Shown piece by piece: positions 23,905-34,700 of a stretch of 34,700 nucleotides of DNA. The first letter of the stretch is position 1. Each line of letters begins with the position of its first letter. Origin of the DNA: Catajapyx aquilonaris (lineage: Eukaryota); contig JYFJ02004132.1 in assembly GCA_000934665.2 (NCBI GenBank), forward strand, positions 1 through 34,700. Direction: 5' to 3'. Below the pieces are notes generated by a model, which was not told where the DNA came from, did no database searches, and saw only the letters and a list, made by a program, of their open reading frames with translations. A program made the position numbers and the translations under genes.

Positions 23905-24212
23905 ATGACGCTCGCAAAAATGGCTGCAACGTTCTAGTCCACTGCCAAGCCGGTGTGTCCCGCTCTCCGACCATCGTCATCGCCTACATCATGAAGCACA
24001 AGCTGATGACCATGTTGGAAGCCTACAAGCTGGTCAAGAACCAGCGACCTATCATATCTCCGAACCTCAACTTCATGGGCCAACTTCTAGAGTTTGAACA
24101 AGGACTTCGGGCTGCCAAAAGTGAACCCGACTGCAAACCGTGTCACCAATGCTGTCATTGGACGCACCAACCAAAGGAAGAGGTCTCCTCCGGATGCAGT
24201 TGTAGCGTTTGA
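23905..24212 (+). CDS. DUSP10: DUSP10/MKP5-like exon 4 (terminal): catalytic P-loop and C-terminus
   Basis: Acceptor TTTGTCCTTCTCAG|AT at 23904/23905. Encodes [23 protein letters not shown]...[26 protein letters not shown], i.e. the HCxxGxxR signature (Cys codon 23943-23945) and the MKP AYxM and [11 protein letters not shown] motifs. Stop TGA at 24210-24212. Confidence 0.96.
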
Positions 24213-25956
24213 CCCTGACTTCAGCCCCGGTTATCTTAGAGACTTGACCAGTTCATGGATGAGAATGAACTATTTTTTTTGCGCTTGTTCAGCTGACTAC
24301 AGAAGTGCCTCAAAGCATGACGTGGTGCTTTTAAAACCTCTTTAGTTTTGAATATTTTTTTTCCATGCGTTTTCGAGAGGAGTCTGGCGGATGGAGGGAG
24401 GCATGACCTGCATTTTGTCAGACCCCCAAGTTCCTCCGACCAATAGGAACGGAGTTACTAGATGATGTGTATAAATCTCCGTTTAGGGCTCCTTCGAAAC
24501 CGCTTCAGAAGTCATGGCAATAAGGCCGGAAAATATCTTGTACCATTTAAATCTCACCACAGATATTAAGTTCAATCCTGACAACCTCATACGAGGTTTT
24601 AAAGCATCACGGCTATTGTATATATCAGGGGTGTGAATATATATTTTGTAACCGTTGAGGGTACACACCCCGGATGGAGATTTGAAGCTAGGTAGTGTGC
24701 ATTAAGTTTTAAAATCAAAATGCTGCCACGACAATTACAGGACTGTTGTCAAAAAAAATGCACCTTGTTTCTGTGAAACTATAAGTGTATACCTCTGACA
24801 ATATTTTGGAAACACATGGCTGAAGTCTTCCCCGTTCAGTAGCCACAAGTCGACTTGACATGTTTTAATTTTTCAACTGTAATGCACACTACAATGGTGT
24901 GCTGTCCACCCCTCCAGATTCACACCCTCCTTTTCCTTTACCCCCCACCCCTCTTATTCCAATTTTTTTTCTGCAAACGGGAATGGCGAAGGGAGAACTT
25001 TCTGTGTGACGTGTCCTTTCAAACGGTGGCGCTTCCGCGGCATATTGATATAAGGCCTTTTGTGCCCTGTCAATCCACGGAGGCCGCTCTCCCAGGCCGG
25101 GGTCATTTCCATAGCCCCTTTCCTCCCCCTACCCCACCCCTCACTATTCATCGGTGCATTAGTCACCAAGCCAGGTCCTTTTCATGAAGTCTAGGGCTAC
25201 CGAATTAGAACCGGCATTATCAGCCATATGTTCTCATCTACAACACAGTCATCACCCACCCCAACTGTACTTGGCCCCGAATTAAATCTGGATTGTATTC
25301 CAGCTGCATTTGGGCGATTGAACCGACATTATTGGTAATCAGGTTAAGCTGCTGCCACTTGTCACCTAAGCTATCCCTCCCCATTGGTCCAACCCTCTTG
25401 TTTGGTCAACAGAACAGAGTGACCTCACTTCGATTTCTGACCCCCTTCAGGTTTCATCTGTTCCATCCGATGACGGTCCCAGTATTAGCTCCTAAGGAGA
25501 ATGATTTACGAGCTCGGTTCGATATGCGTCTTTTGCTACCCCTAGCACACTCTTTGCCACGCCCCTCCCATTTTTTCAAATGAAAAAGTGATTTCATCTG
25601 CTCAGAGTCAACTAGGGTGGTTCAGCATTATTACTTTTTTTTGTCCTAAATATCTAGTCCATCACGTTAGTCATAAGAGCCAATTAAGTTTACTACATCT
25701 GTGATGATTGTAATTCAACACCTCAACTGCGAGAGTGTGATGTGTGTCGGCGATTTTTTAACGCCCATGTTCTATTTGTACAGTGCTTCACTTTTTAACC
25801 ATTGTAATATTAAGCCTCTATTTATATACTACTAAATCCTATTTGAAAAGAAAAAGGAACATCTATTTAAACAAATCACCTCGGAGTCACTATTGTCTTG
25901 TGTAACTGATCCAGTGACATGTTCAGAAGTGAATAAAAAATATCATGAATACAACA
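24213..25956 (+). other. Putative 3'UTR of the DUSP10-like gene
   Basis: Runs from the stop codon to the first AATAAA I found (25932). It has an AU-rich terminal block (TATTTGTA, TATTTATA, TATTTAAA at ~25770-25870). The end position is approximate. Confidence 0.6.
24767..24779 (+). promoter_or_regulatory. Constitutive decay element (CDE)-like stem-loop, Roquin-binding type
   Basis: GTTTC-TGT-GAAAC forms a 5-bp stem with a UGU triloop and matches the UUCYRYGAA CDE consensus. It lies in the putative 3'UTR. Confidence 0.55.
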
Positions 25957-25966
25957 CTGTTGTTTT
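25932..25966 (+). terminator. Polyadenylation signal with downstream GU/U-rich element
   Basis: AATAAA at 25932-25937, CA dinucleotides ~15-20 nt downstream, then TGTTGTTTT. Confidence 0.65.
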
Positions 25967-28511
25967 CATCCTATACCTTCTGGGAGGGTCATATGTAGGT
26001 ATTATTCCAGCCACAAACCCTGTTTAAAAAAAAAAATGCAATTCGTCGAAACAACCTTCTCAAACTCTCCTGTCACGCAGACAACATTCCCTCACAGGGC
26101 TATAATTGGGAGTTGGTGTTATTTTCCGACAAGCCACGCCTCTCTTCTCTCTCTCCCCCTCATCAGACTCATCTTTGGGATGTTGAGGGAGATGACTCAG
26201 TTGACCTGAAGATGAGTGTTGACATTGATCTTGGGTTGGGGTGCGGTCCAGCTCTGGCAGGGAGGGGACTGGAAGATGAGTTCGAAGTGCGGGGGAGATA
26301 GATAGTTACCACGTGTTCCATCTTCGAATTGGGGTGGGAAGGTATGGAGGGGAGGGCATTGATGAACCATTCACACGTAATGGGTCTGCCAACCAGCAAC
26401 ATTGTACTAAAAATCAATTAAGTGAAATTGAGAGATGTATGTTGCATGTATTTTGAAGAATGAGGATATAGGCTACGACCGTCGCCATACTAACGAGTCT
26501 TTCGTTACACCCCCATAATGATAAGCCTGCGGGGCTACAAATTGAGGGCTGAGAAGGAAAATTGTGGCTCTCCGGGATGCCGATAAGCGTCAATAGACAC
26601 CCAGTCAGCCTCAGTTGTGTGACTCACATCCAGAGGGATAAAACCAAAACACTATATACTATATCCCCCAAACGTGTCTCCCCGGTTTTGCCTGTGTGTA
26701 CAGTCACTGAGTCAACCAAAGTAACTGACAATGTGTGAGGATATTTATTCAGTAATGGTTTCCTTTCTAATGAGGCGATGCTTGTCTGAATCACGCGGCT
26801 ATTAGGACGCTCGGGGGTGTATGGGGAGAGGTGGAGGGAAAGGGGGGAGGGAAACAAGAGATGGGGAAGACATCATCACATTGATTTCTGGGTCTCTCAC
26901 CCCCCCCCCCCTCCTTTTCCTACACCCCCACCGATTGCAAATAGCCTATTGATCCCTCCAATTCAAAAATTAAGCTCCGGAGCTTGAATCTGGGATCCCT
27001 TTATCGCTCTTGTCCTTTCCTATTTTTTCCAACTTATTCCGATGCAGGCCACCCAACAGGAAAAGAGAAGACAGTCTCATCTGATAGCCATGACATTTCC
27101 ATAACAACACGGTCCCATATCGGCCACTTGTAAGCCGCAGACCAGTGCCTATGCAGATTGGGCTGGCTTTTGTTGCGTAATTAATGAGACGAGGGGTGGG
27201 ATTCAATCAAGCTATGGCCAGCTTAGCATCAACCAGTGAGTCTACAATACTTCAGACTTTTTTTTAAAAGAAAGGTCAAACGTCGTTCAGATCATTGTCA
27301 TTCTGATGATGTAGACTAGTACTTGCTTATGTCAAAAATGTCATGATAATCCTGGAAGGTTGGCTGAGCGCAGCACAAGAGAGGTCAACAGAATTCCATA
27401 CAGTGCAGGATGCACTGAAGGTCGTTACCTTGTTAATGAGTTTAGCTTGCTTCAGGTGAGATGTCATGTAGTCAGCAAGATGGTTCTATTTCGCAGAATT
27501 AAAATTTAGAAGTTTTACCCCGTATCGTATAGTGCACATAGGGATTTTCCGCAAGTGACATTACTCATAGATTCACGACTCATCGCTGCCACAACATCAG
27601 ATAGCACTGCAATGTCACGCCACGTAATAGGACGTCTTTTAGCACGATTTCTACAAACTTTTCTTGTCAATAGTCTACTAATAGGAGGGTTCTATATTGT
27701 TCATATACCCATATGAGACAATACGTGCATGCACAGGGTGTCAATAAAGTATAAAATGATCATTACGTCATCTTTTATAGCACAAATAGCTCTTCATCTC
27801 ATTAAGTGGCTAGAATAGGAGGCACTAATTGCAAACCCAGTCCACCATCCCTTCTAAAAGCATGGAATGCGCTCCAAGGCACACCTGTTACACAAAAGGC
27901 CAAATCCGCATGGCGTCATCCACTCAATCAGAACCGCACAGTCGCACACACATGACCTCACCACATATGACACACACGGCGTTCTAAAAGTGAGAAAACT
28001 GGTTCCAAGTGAGAGTTCGTTGTGCTGCACATACTGTATACGCTGGTGGGCATGTCCATTGACGCCACGTCTCGAAAATTGATGGTCCAACGGAGGAGTA
28101 TAATAAAAAACAAGAGTGGTGACCATCCTTGCAAGTCACGCAGTGTGAGCTCATAGACGAACATAGAGACCCACGTGGGTTACCCTAGGTTAATACCCTC
28201 GCTACAATAACACTGCACGTTCATTTCGTAATTTAGAACTTTCATTTAGAGAGGCTAAAAATGGCCACATACTAGGCCTGCAGGTAGAATTCACGATTTT
28301 GATGCCCGACTGTGCTGTTAGTGAATAAAGACCGTCATTTTGCCGCCAATGTTCCTGTAAGACGCAGGGTACATACTTATAAAAAGTAGATCCGGTCTAT
28401 AAAATAATAATGTACGATTATATCAGTCTTGTATAATTCCTTTTGAAATGCATCGCTTCGTGAGAGTTTTGTTGTAGAAAAATGAAATAAATTCCCAGCC
28501 TGAAGGTATTC

Positions 28512-28513
<2 letters not shown>

Positions 28514-28551
<38 letters not shown>
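28514..28551. repeat. (TAT)n microsatellite
   Basis: About 12 perfect units. Confidence 0.95.
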
Positions 28552-28552
<1 letters not shown>

Positions 28553-29955
28553 GTGAAATATCTTGACTTTGGCTTCTTGCCCGCTTATTCGTGTTTTAAG
28601 CCCATAATAGCGTTATGAAATGACATCTGTTCTGGTGCCACGGGATTGCTTCGAGTAGTTGCTTTTTTCAACTTGTTTGTCACAGGTAACCTTGAGTGAT
28701 TAAGAATATTGTGCTACTGGTTTAATGCAGAAAGGATTATTCTCCGAGCATGCGTGTTAAAATTATACCAATCATAACGACAAAAAATGTAAGCTAACTC
28801 TTCCAATGGTACCATCACCAAGCTTTTTCTCTTTCACTTTCTGTGTTTCCTATCTCTTTACTCTTCTATTGCCATTACATCACGCATGAGTTGTCACGCT
28901 TGTTCAATGATTAGAAGCAATAGAGATCCCCATCGAGAGGAGTCCGGCACGCTATCTTGTTTGATTAATCCCATGTAATATGCCTCGGTACCTTCCAATA
29001 CCCAGTGACATAACATAGTAGTACGGATGGGAATCGATACCGAGACCGCAGATGGTCTCACATACAATTAATTAGTTCCCAACTTCATTAATTGAATTGA
29101 CAGTCTGGAGGACGCCCTCCATTCGCAGCGTGAGGTATGTCCAAGAAATAAATCCTGAGCAAGTGTCAGTAGATTACTATACGTAATAGATCCATCCTAA
29201 ACTGGAATGAACTCGTTGGAGGATAATCCCTCATCAGCAGTTAATAACACCGTTGGTCGCGTACCAATTTTTTTTTGTCCGTACCTGGTATGCCATATGC
29301 GTTCCACGTGTCTTCGTAATATTATAATGCCCTTGAACACTTGATTGGCATGTAACAGTCCGGACGCGCTTTCCAGCCAGCTGTCACGGCTAAAAATTTG
29401 GTGACTAAACCCCGGTAATACTGTAAATAAAAACACGTGGGGGAGGTGGCAAACGGTTTTCCTTTGTGCACATGGGGGCCACGTGGCAAAATTGGGCCTT
29501 AGGCTGACGTCACAAAAGTCGCGATCCATCTGTCTGGCGGATGACGAAGTGGTCAAAAGAGAGGAGGGTTGCCCCTGGCCCCGGTGAGCTGTCCTAAACC
29601 GAAAGTGACTAGAAAACGTTCCCCCATGACCCACCCCGCCCACCCTCCAATATCTCCCCCCCCCCCTCCTTTTAACCCGACCAATATTATACCACCACCT
29701 ACCCCAACCATGTGTATGCCTGCTGTCCAGCAGCCTGAATATTTAATCGAAGTGAATCACTCGCACAAAATTTAGTGATTTTCTACCCCCCACCCCCTTT
29801 CCCACTTGAGCTAAATTAAGTCAAAGCGGGCAGCCAATTTAGCACCCTAGCAGGAATATAGACATGTCACGGCCCCTTTTTTCGCTAAGATGAATTAATT
29901 GGATTTTAGTTTTAAAGTATTGTTAGTTTATGGTCTCATGTGTCGAAAATATTCC

Positions 29956-30032
<77 letters not shown>
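29956..30032. repeat. (AAT)n microsatellite
   Basis: About 25 perfect units followed by degenerate TAT/AAT. Confidence 0.97.
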
Positions 30033-30035
<3 letters not shown>

Positions 30036-33000
30036 TTATTTAACTATTGTCGTTATTGTTATTGGATAATAATAATTATTATTCCATAAAGCGTGCCATA
30101 AGCTGACAATTTTTATAACCTTTTTGTGGGCTTATTTAGGAACGGGTTAGTCATCTCCATGAATCGCGTAAAGACATTACAAAATAATGATTTCATAACA
30201 CGAAAAGGCTATCAAAACACATGTAGTACTGCACAAAAATAATAGTCGCTATTAACCAACACTTTAAAAAATGAGGGCGAGTGAACGAAGAGGTTTCATT
30301 CCATCACCATCGTTGAAATCTCCCCATGAATAAATCTGTCGCCACAATTTAATAAATAGGCGCAAATGAGTCCAGACCACCCTGACATAGAAATTCCGTG
30401 AGCTGACACACACGATGAGTCCTACATGACTTTTGAGCGATGAAGAGGCCTCCGGGTGACCTCAGCGGAAATTGCATCCACTTCCCTCCCTGATAAAACC
30501 CGCCAAGTGTGCTGCCAGAAACGACGATACTGCTTTTTTAGTAAGGGGTGTCAGGCTAAACGAGATATCCTGCTATTCTATGAGATCACTCTGCTGTAGT
30601 TCCCATGTATCGCTTAGCCAGTAACCACATCGCGTGAACTTTATAAACAATCGTCGAATTACGCACCCACAAGTAAACAATAATTGGTTTCGTGATAGTA
30701 AACAAATGAGTCAAAAAGAATGAGTCCAATACTTTACTCAGTTCTTCTGTGAATTTGTGCATGAGCTGTCCTGGTTGATAACATGTACACCTGTACTCAG
30801 TGTTTGGCTTGTTCCACAAGCAAATATAATTAACAAAATATACATCACTTTTCCTGCCTGTCCGACCAGACTCAGCGCGTGATGCATCCTGATAATGAGG
30901 TGTGCAAGCCCAACATTGACACCCAGCCTCTATCTGTATATCAACACGAACTAGTCATGCCCTAAACGTGCATGTTGTTTCACTTCTTCCAGACCTCCGG
31001 CAACAATTCGCTGGTGACGAGGAACGATGACATTTTGGTGCTTCAACCACTTACATGAAACCCCCTCACTTATAGGATGAGTACTTAGCCCCATCAAATG
31101 TCGCGCTAAGCCCTAACACCAACATTGTTGTCGCAGCCCCTTTGACTGTCTGTGACAAATGAGAAGCTGTTGATCATGCAATTACCCGTATTATTGGCTC
31201 CGACTCTGATTGAATAATCGAGAAGGGAGCAAAAATTCGCGAGACTGTCTGGCTTCTTCCAATTCCTTGACCACTCATCTTCCATACTGACAAACTGTAA
31301 CCGGGAGGTGGTGATTCATGAGCGTGGACCATTAATCAATGAATTAGTAAACACGTGGCATTGGGTTGAGGGCTAATCAGTCGGCTGGGCCTTATGTACT
31401 GGGCGGATCAGGTTCGTATGGCTCATACCCAGTGTGATTCACCCATCCCTCTCTACTGTGTATACCCCCTGAAAAGGTTGGAAAGGACAACCCAGGGTGT
31501 GTCATGCACCCCCTTCTGTACCCTCACTCACTCATTCATTCATTCACCGGGNTCCCCCCCCCCCCCCCTCAATTCAGTGCGAATTTTCCTATCCTCAATC
31601 ACCGCTTCCATTATTTTTTTACCCCAGTCCCCAATACTCAAAACGTTCGAAATCAGTGCGACCTCTCACCCCAATGCTTCGAGACCATTTCCATCAAGCG
31701 GGTCAAAGTACAGTTTATACCGATAATGAAGTGTATACTCGTTATAAATTCAAAACATGTATATATTTAGGTTATTGCCTTTTTATATGCACGCATGGAC
31801 TTCATTTTAACAGATGGCCATGTGTTAAAAATCCTCTCACGTGGGATCCATCCATATATGGGTCAATTTCTAACCTGCACCGTTACTACCATCACCTGTC
31901 AGACGACACCCTTAAATACCAGTCATACCACATTACATATAACAACAACCATGTTATTGTCCCCTTTTGATCCAAATATCGCAATAAGTTCCCACGCTAC
32001 ACTGACTCAACCCAAAAAAAGTGAGTGGAATGACAGAATGAATCGAGAGGCGGCTGACAAAAAAAATAAAATAATAAAAACACCACCGGTTGACCATTTG
32101 GAGCGTACAAGGATGACGCGGTTGCGTCCTGGGTGACGCAGCCCTCGATTACTCACAGGATTGGATGGATGTGGAAACAATGGCGGGACCCAAAACCACT
32201 CCAGATCACGCGTCCCAAGGACTGAGAACGCGCTAATATTGTCCCCATCCCCGGATAATCAGCTTGCTGACCTCCCCCCCTATTCTTTTCTTATTCCTAC
32301 CCCATCATCCATTCACCATCCAGCTGTACCGTTGCTGCTGGTTGCCGGGGATGAGGTCAGGAGATTTTAGGGAGGGCGAGGGAGTGACACACAATGTCAA
32401 GGGTCAGCGTGACGTATATGGGAAGAGGCGATGTGTCGCTTGGGTGCTTCCTCACCCTGGGGGGGACAGCCCTGGGGATGTATGGGGAGAGATCACGTGG
32501 TTCAATTAGGGATCATCGCTTCTTCATATGCTTCAACTCCCCCCTAAACGCCAGTTGGGCTCTGGCTATCCGGATAATACGCCACAATGGCTTGTATTGC
32601 TGGTGTGTGCAGGTGATGCCAAGTCATCAGATGTTTTGGGTTTGTCTGCACTTACGACTAGAATATTTGTGGAATGTATAGCAAGAGAAAAAAGAAGAAG
32701 AAATATGATGAGTATAGAACGAGTAGAGGTTTTAGTACTCGTGGCTGTATCTGGCGCAGGAGGATGCTTGGTGCGACATTGTGTTTTTTGTGCGACGACT
32801 GATGACAATGAGATGATTAGAGAGAGAGGAGAGAGAGGAGAGGATGAGGGATTGTGTCGTCTCCTGTCATAAAACATGTCATATGTTTATGTACATTGCT
32901 TTTATTTATTATATCATTGATAGAATTGATTTCCCAGCCTACACAGTGTCATAATAATAATAATTTACCATATAATTGGGTCATGATTTTGTGTAAAACC

Positions 33001-33243
33001 CACACGGCAATAATAATAATTGTGGGTAGTGCTTCTGACCCTTTGGGTACAAGCACTTTGACCTTTATTTATTTATTCTTTATTGATCGGTGTTATATTT
33101 TGGTGCCTATTCACTTGAATAGAATAGAATAGAATATTAATTTTTCTTCATATCAATTTATTACTGTCTCTCGCAGCGATCCACAAGTATTTTTTCAATA
33201 GTGCAGGATTTTAGCTACCGGTATGACAAGTTTTAAGCAAGTT

Positions 33244-33397
33244 TTAAAAACAATGTGTATGCATGGTACACAGCGTTGTGCTAAAAAAAATATGCAAATT
33301 GTGTACTGCAATAACTAATGTACATAATGCAGTACACAATTTGCATTTTTTTTTTTACATCGCGACGATGTGTACCATGGATGCACGTTGCTTTTGA
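33244..33397. mobile_element. Imperfect palindromic MITE-like element
   Basis: Core ATGCAAATTGTGTACTGCA (33292-33310) is the exact reverse complement of 33328-33346. Pairing continues outward through the A/T runs and CATGGTACACA/TGTGTACCATG, to about 65-bp arms. Confidence 0.7.
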
Positions 33398-33469
33398 GAG
33401 AGTGCCCCTTGAATTATATCAGTTCGAGAGTGACATCTTGTGATGATGGTGGTGGTGTACTGCAGACGG

Positions 33470-33570
33470 AATAATTGAATCGGTCATTTGGAAAAGGGGT
33501 CATCTCCAGCGCATTTCCAGAGGATATGACCCAGATATGACCCCTTTTCAAAATGACCGATTCAATTATT
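33470..33570. mobile_element. Short palindromic MITE-like element with 34-bp arms
   Basis: AATAATTGAATCGGTCATTTGGAAAAGGGGTCAT (33470-33503) pairs with 33537-33570 with one mismatch; 33-bp spacer. Confidence 0.72.
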
Positions 33571-34209
33571 TGTGAACATACGGTACGCAGTTTCTTATCC
33601 TTTTTTGTTTTGTTTTTGACGAGTATGAGAGTCGGTGCTCTTCATGTGTGGGAATCTATTATTTTCTTTTAGTGGACATTTCTCTTTTTAGGCCTTCTGT
33701 ACCAGGTAGAGTGGCCATTTCCAAATCTTCAGAAAGAAGGACACAGCTGGTAGGTATATCGTATATGCTTTACACAGTACGCAATACATTGTGTGACCCC
33801 CTGACCTCGGGTCACACCCTGACTAGCTCAGTAACGCAGGTTCAGTTGGAGAAAAGATGTCAGACTGAGAGAAAAGGGTGGAAGAAGTGGCGGGGGAAAC
33901 TGGAAAAGCTAGGGAAATGATGGTTTCTGATAACATACTGTATAATGTTAATGAATATGCCTTTTTTATAACTGAAACACACAAATTGCCATATTATTTT
34001 ACTTAACACACTAATAAGGCTAAAAATGTAACCTAAGTCAAACATTTTATGGTGAATGTTTAATTGTATAAATTCCCGGAGAAAATATACAAAAATATAT
34101 TATGAGAATTTATTTGACAAATGACACTACATTGAGATGAATGGTATTATTTTTGTGGCGCCCTTTCTTTACCATAAGTACATGCTGGAGAGAGTGTTAG
34201 TATCGAAGT

Positions 34210-34285
34210 AATGTAGTGGTCTAGGGGTTAAGACTCTCTCCTCGTAACCTGAAGGTTGAAGGATCGAATCCTGAAAAAAAAAAAA
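34210..34285 (+). pseudogene. Degenerate tRNA-like sequence (tRNA pseudogene or SINE head)
   Basis: Pol III A-box-like TGGTCTAGGGG (34217-34227), loop-like CTCGTAA, B-box-like GGATCGAATCC (34261-34271), then an A run. The anticodon and acceptor stems do not pair. Confidence 0.5.
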
Positions 34286-34414
34286 CACGTCGTTTCTTTT
34301 TATCGCTATGGACCTTTCCCGCTGTTACTTCATCTCTCATTTCACATTTATTTCTCTTTGAAGTGCATCTGGTAAATAGGCTAGACCCTTCCAACATTCA
34401 CAAATTCGTTGCAC

Positions 34415-34485
34415 CAGAGCGTGGCTTTGTGGTAACGCATCAGACTCTCAATCGGGAGATGCGGGTTCAAATCCCGACTCTCCGT
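34415..34485 (+). mobile_element. tRNA-derived SINE head / tRNA-like sequence
   Basis: A-box-like TGGCTTTGTGG, imperfect anticodon arm TCAGA-CTCTCAA-TCGGG, T-arm CGGG-TTCAAAT-CCCG containing B-box GGTTCAAATCC, and a partial acceptor stem AGAG/CTCT. Confidence 0.6.
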
Positions 34486-34700
34486 GGTTGAGAGGCAGAA
34501 AAAAAATTTGCAGCCGACATCTCTGGCCAAGATGGCGACTGTTCCTTCGCAGTTTACCCAACACTTCTTCAGGAGTGTAAGAGGACCAGCGAAGAGGGGG
34601 GGAGGGGTGGAGAGGGGGAGGAAGAGGAGGGTGGGGAGATTTTTCTCTTTGGAAATTTTTAAGACACCTGCTTACTGGGAGGGGGCGGTCACTTTTTTCG

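Noticed and set aside
24195..24212. Possible CaaX prenylation motif in the C-terminal CSCSV
   Set aside because: The Cys residues are at -3 and -5, not -4, so it does not fit CaaX, CC or CXC.
24210..24360. TGA-CCC-TGA after a Cys-rich tail and an ATGA...AAAA...TGA pattern at ~24318, suggesting selenocysteine or readthrough
   Set aside because: The putative SECIS helix II does not base-pair, and simple readthrough would add only two residues.
30745..30753. Second TTCTGTGAA CDE-like core
   Set aside because: It lies about 4.8 kb beyond the predicted poly(A) site and has only a 3-bp stem.

Overview
This is eukaryotic (invertebrate-metazoan-like) genomic DNA with one clear protein-coding gene. 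The gene is a spliced, + strand MAP-kinase phosphatase of the DUSP10/MKP5 type. I reconstruct four exons (8804-8966, 11389-12108, 18180-18542, 23905-24212), all joined by phase-1 GT-AG introns into a continuous 517-aa frame. The protein has a rhodanese/Cdc25-homology domain with a kinase-interaction motif and a DSP catalytic domain (HCQAGVSRS). A ~1.7-kb 3'UTR ends at an AATAAA near 25932. Exons 2-4 are secure; the coding status of exon 1 is inferred. The remainder is non-coding: non-autonomous DNA-transposon/MITE-like elements and hairpins near both ends, two tRNA-like (SINE-head) sequences near 34.2-34.5 kb, and microsatellites. The most striking signal is regulatory. At least 18 exact AP-1 sites (TGA[C/G]TCA) lie in the 14-kb gene body, versus about 2 expected by chance. 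There are also full CREs, kB-like and ARE/MARE sites, and a Roquin-type CDE stem-loop in the 3'UTR. Together these suggest a stress-inducible, unstable-mRNA feedback gene of the JNK/p38 pathway. I found no evidence of a novel multi-gene system, and most short ORFs in the supplied track look like chance ORFs.
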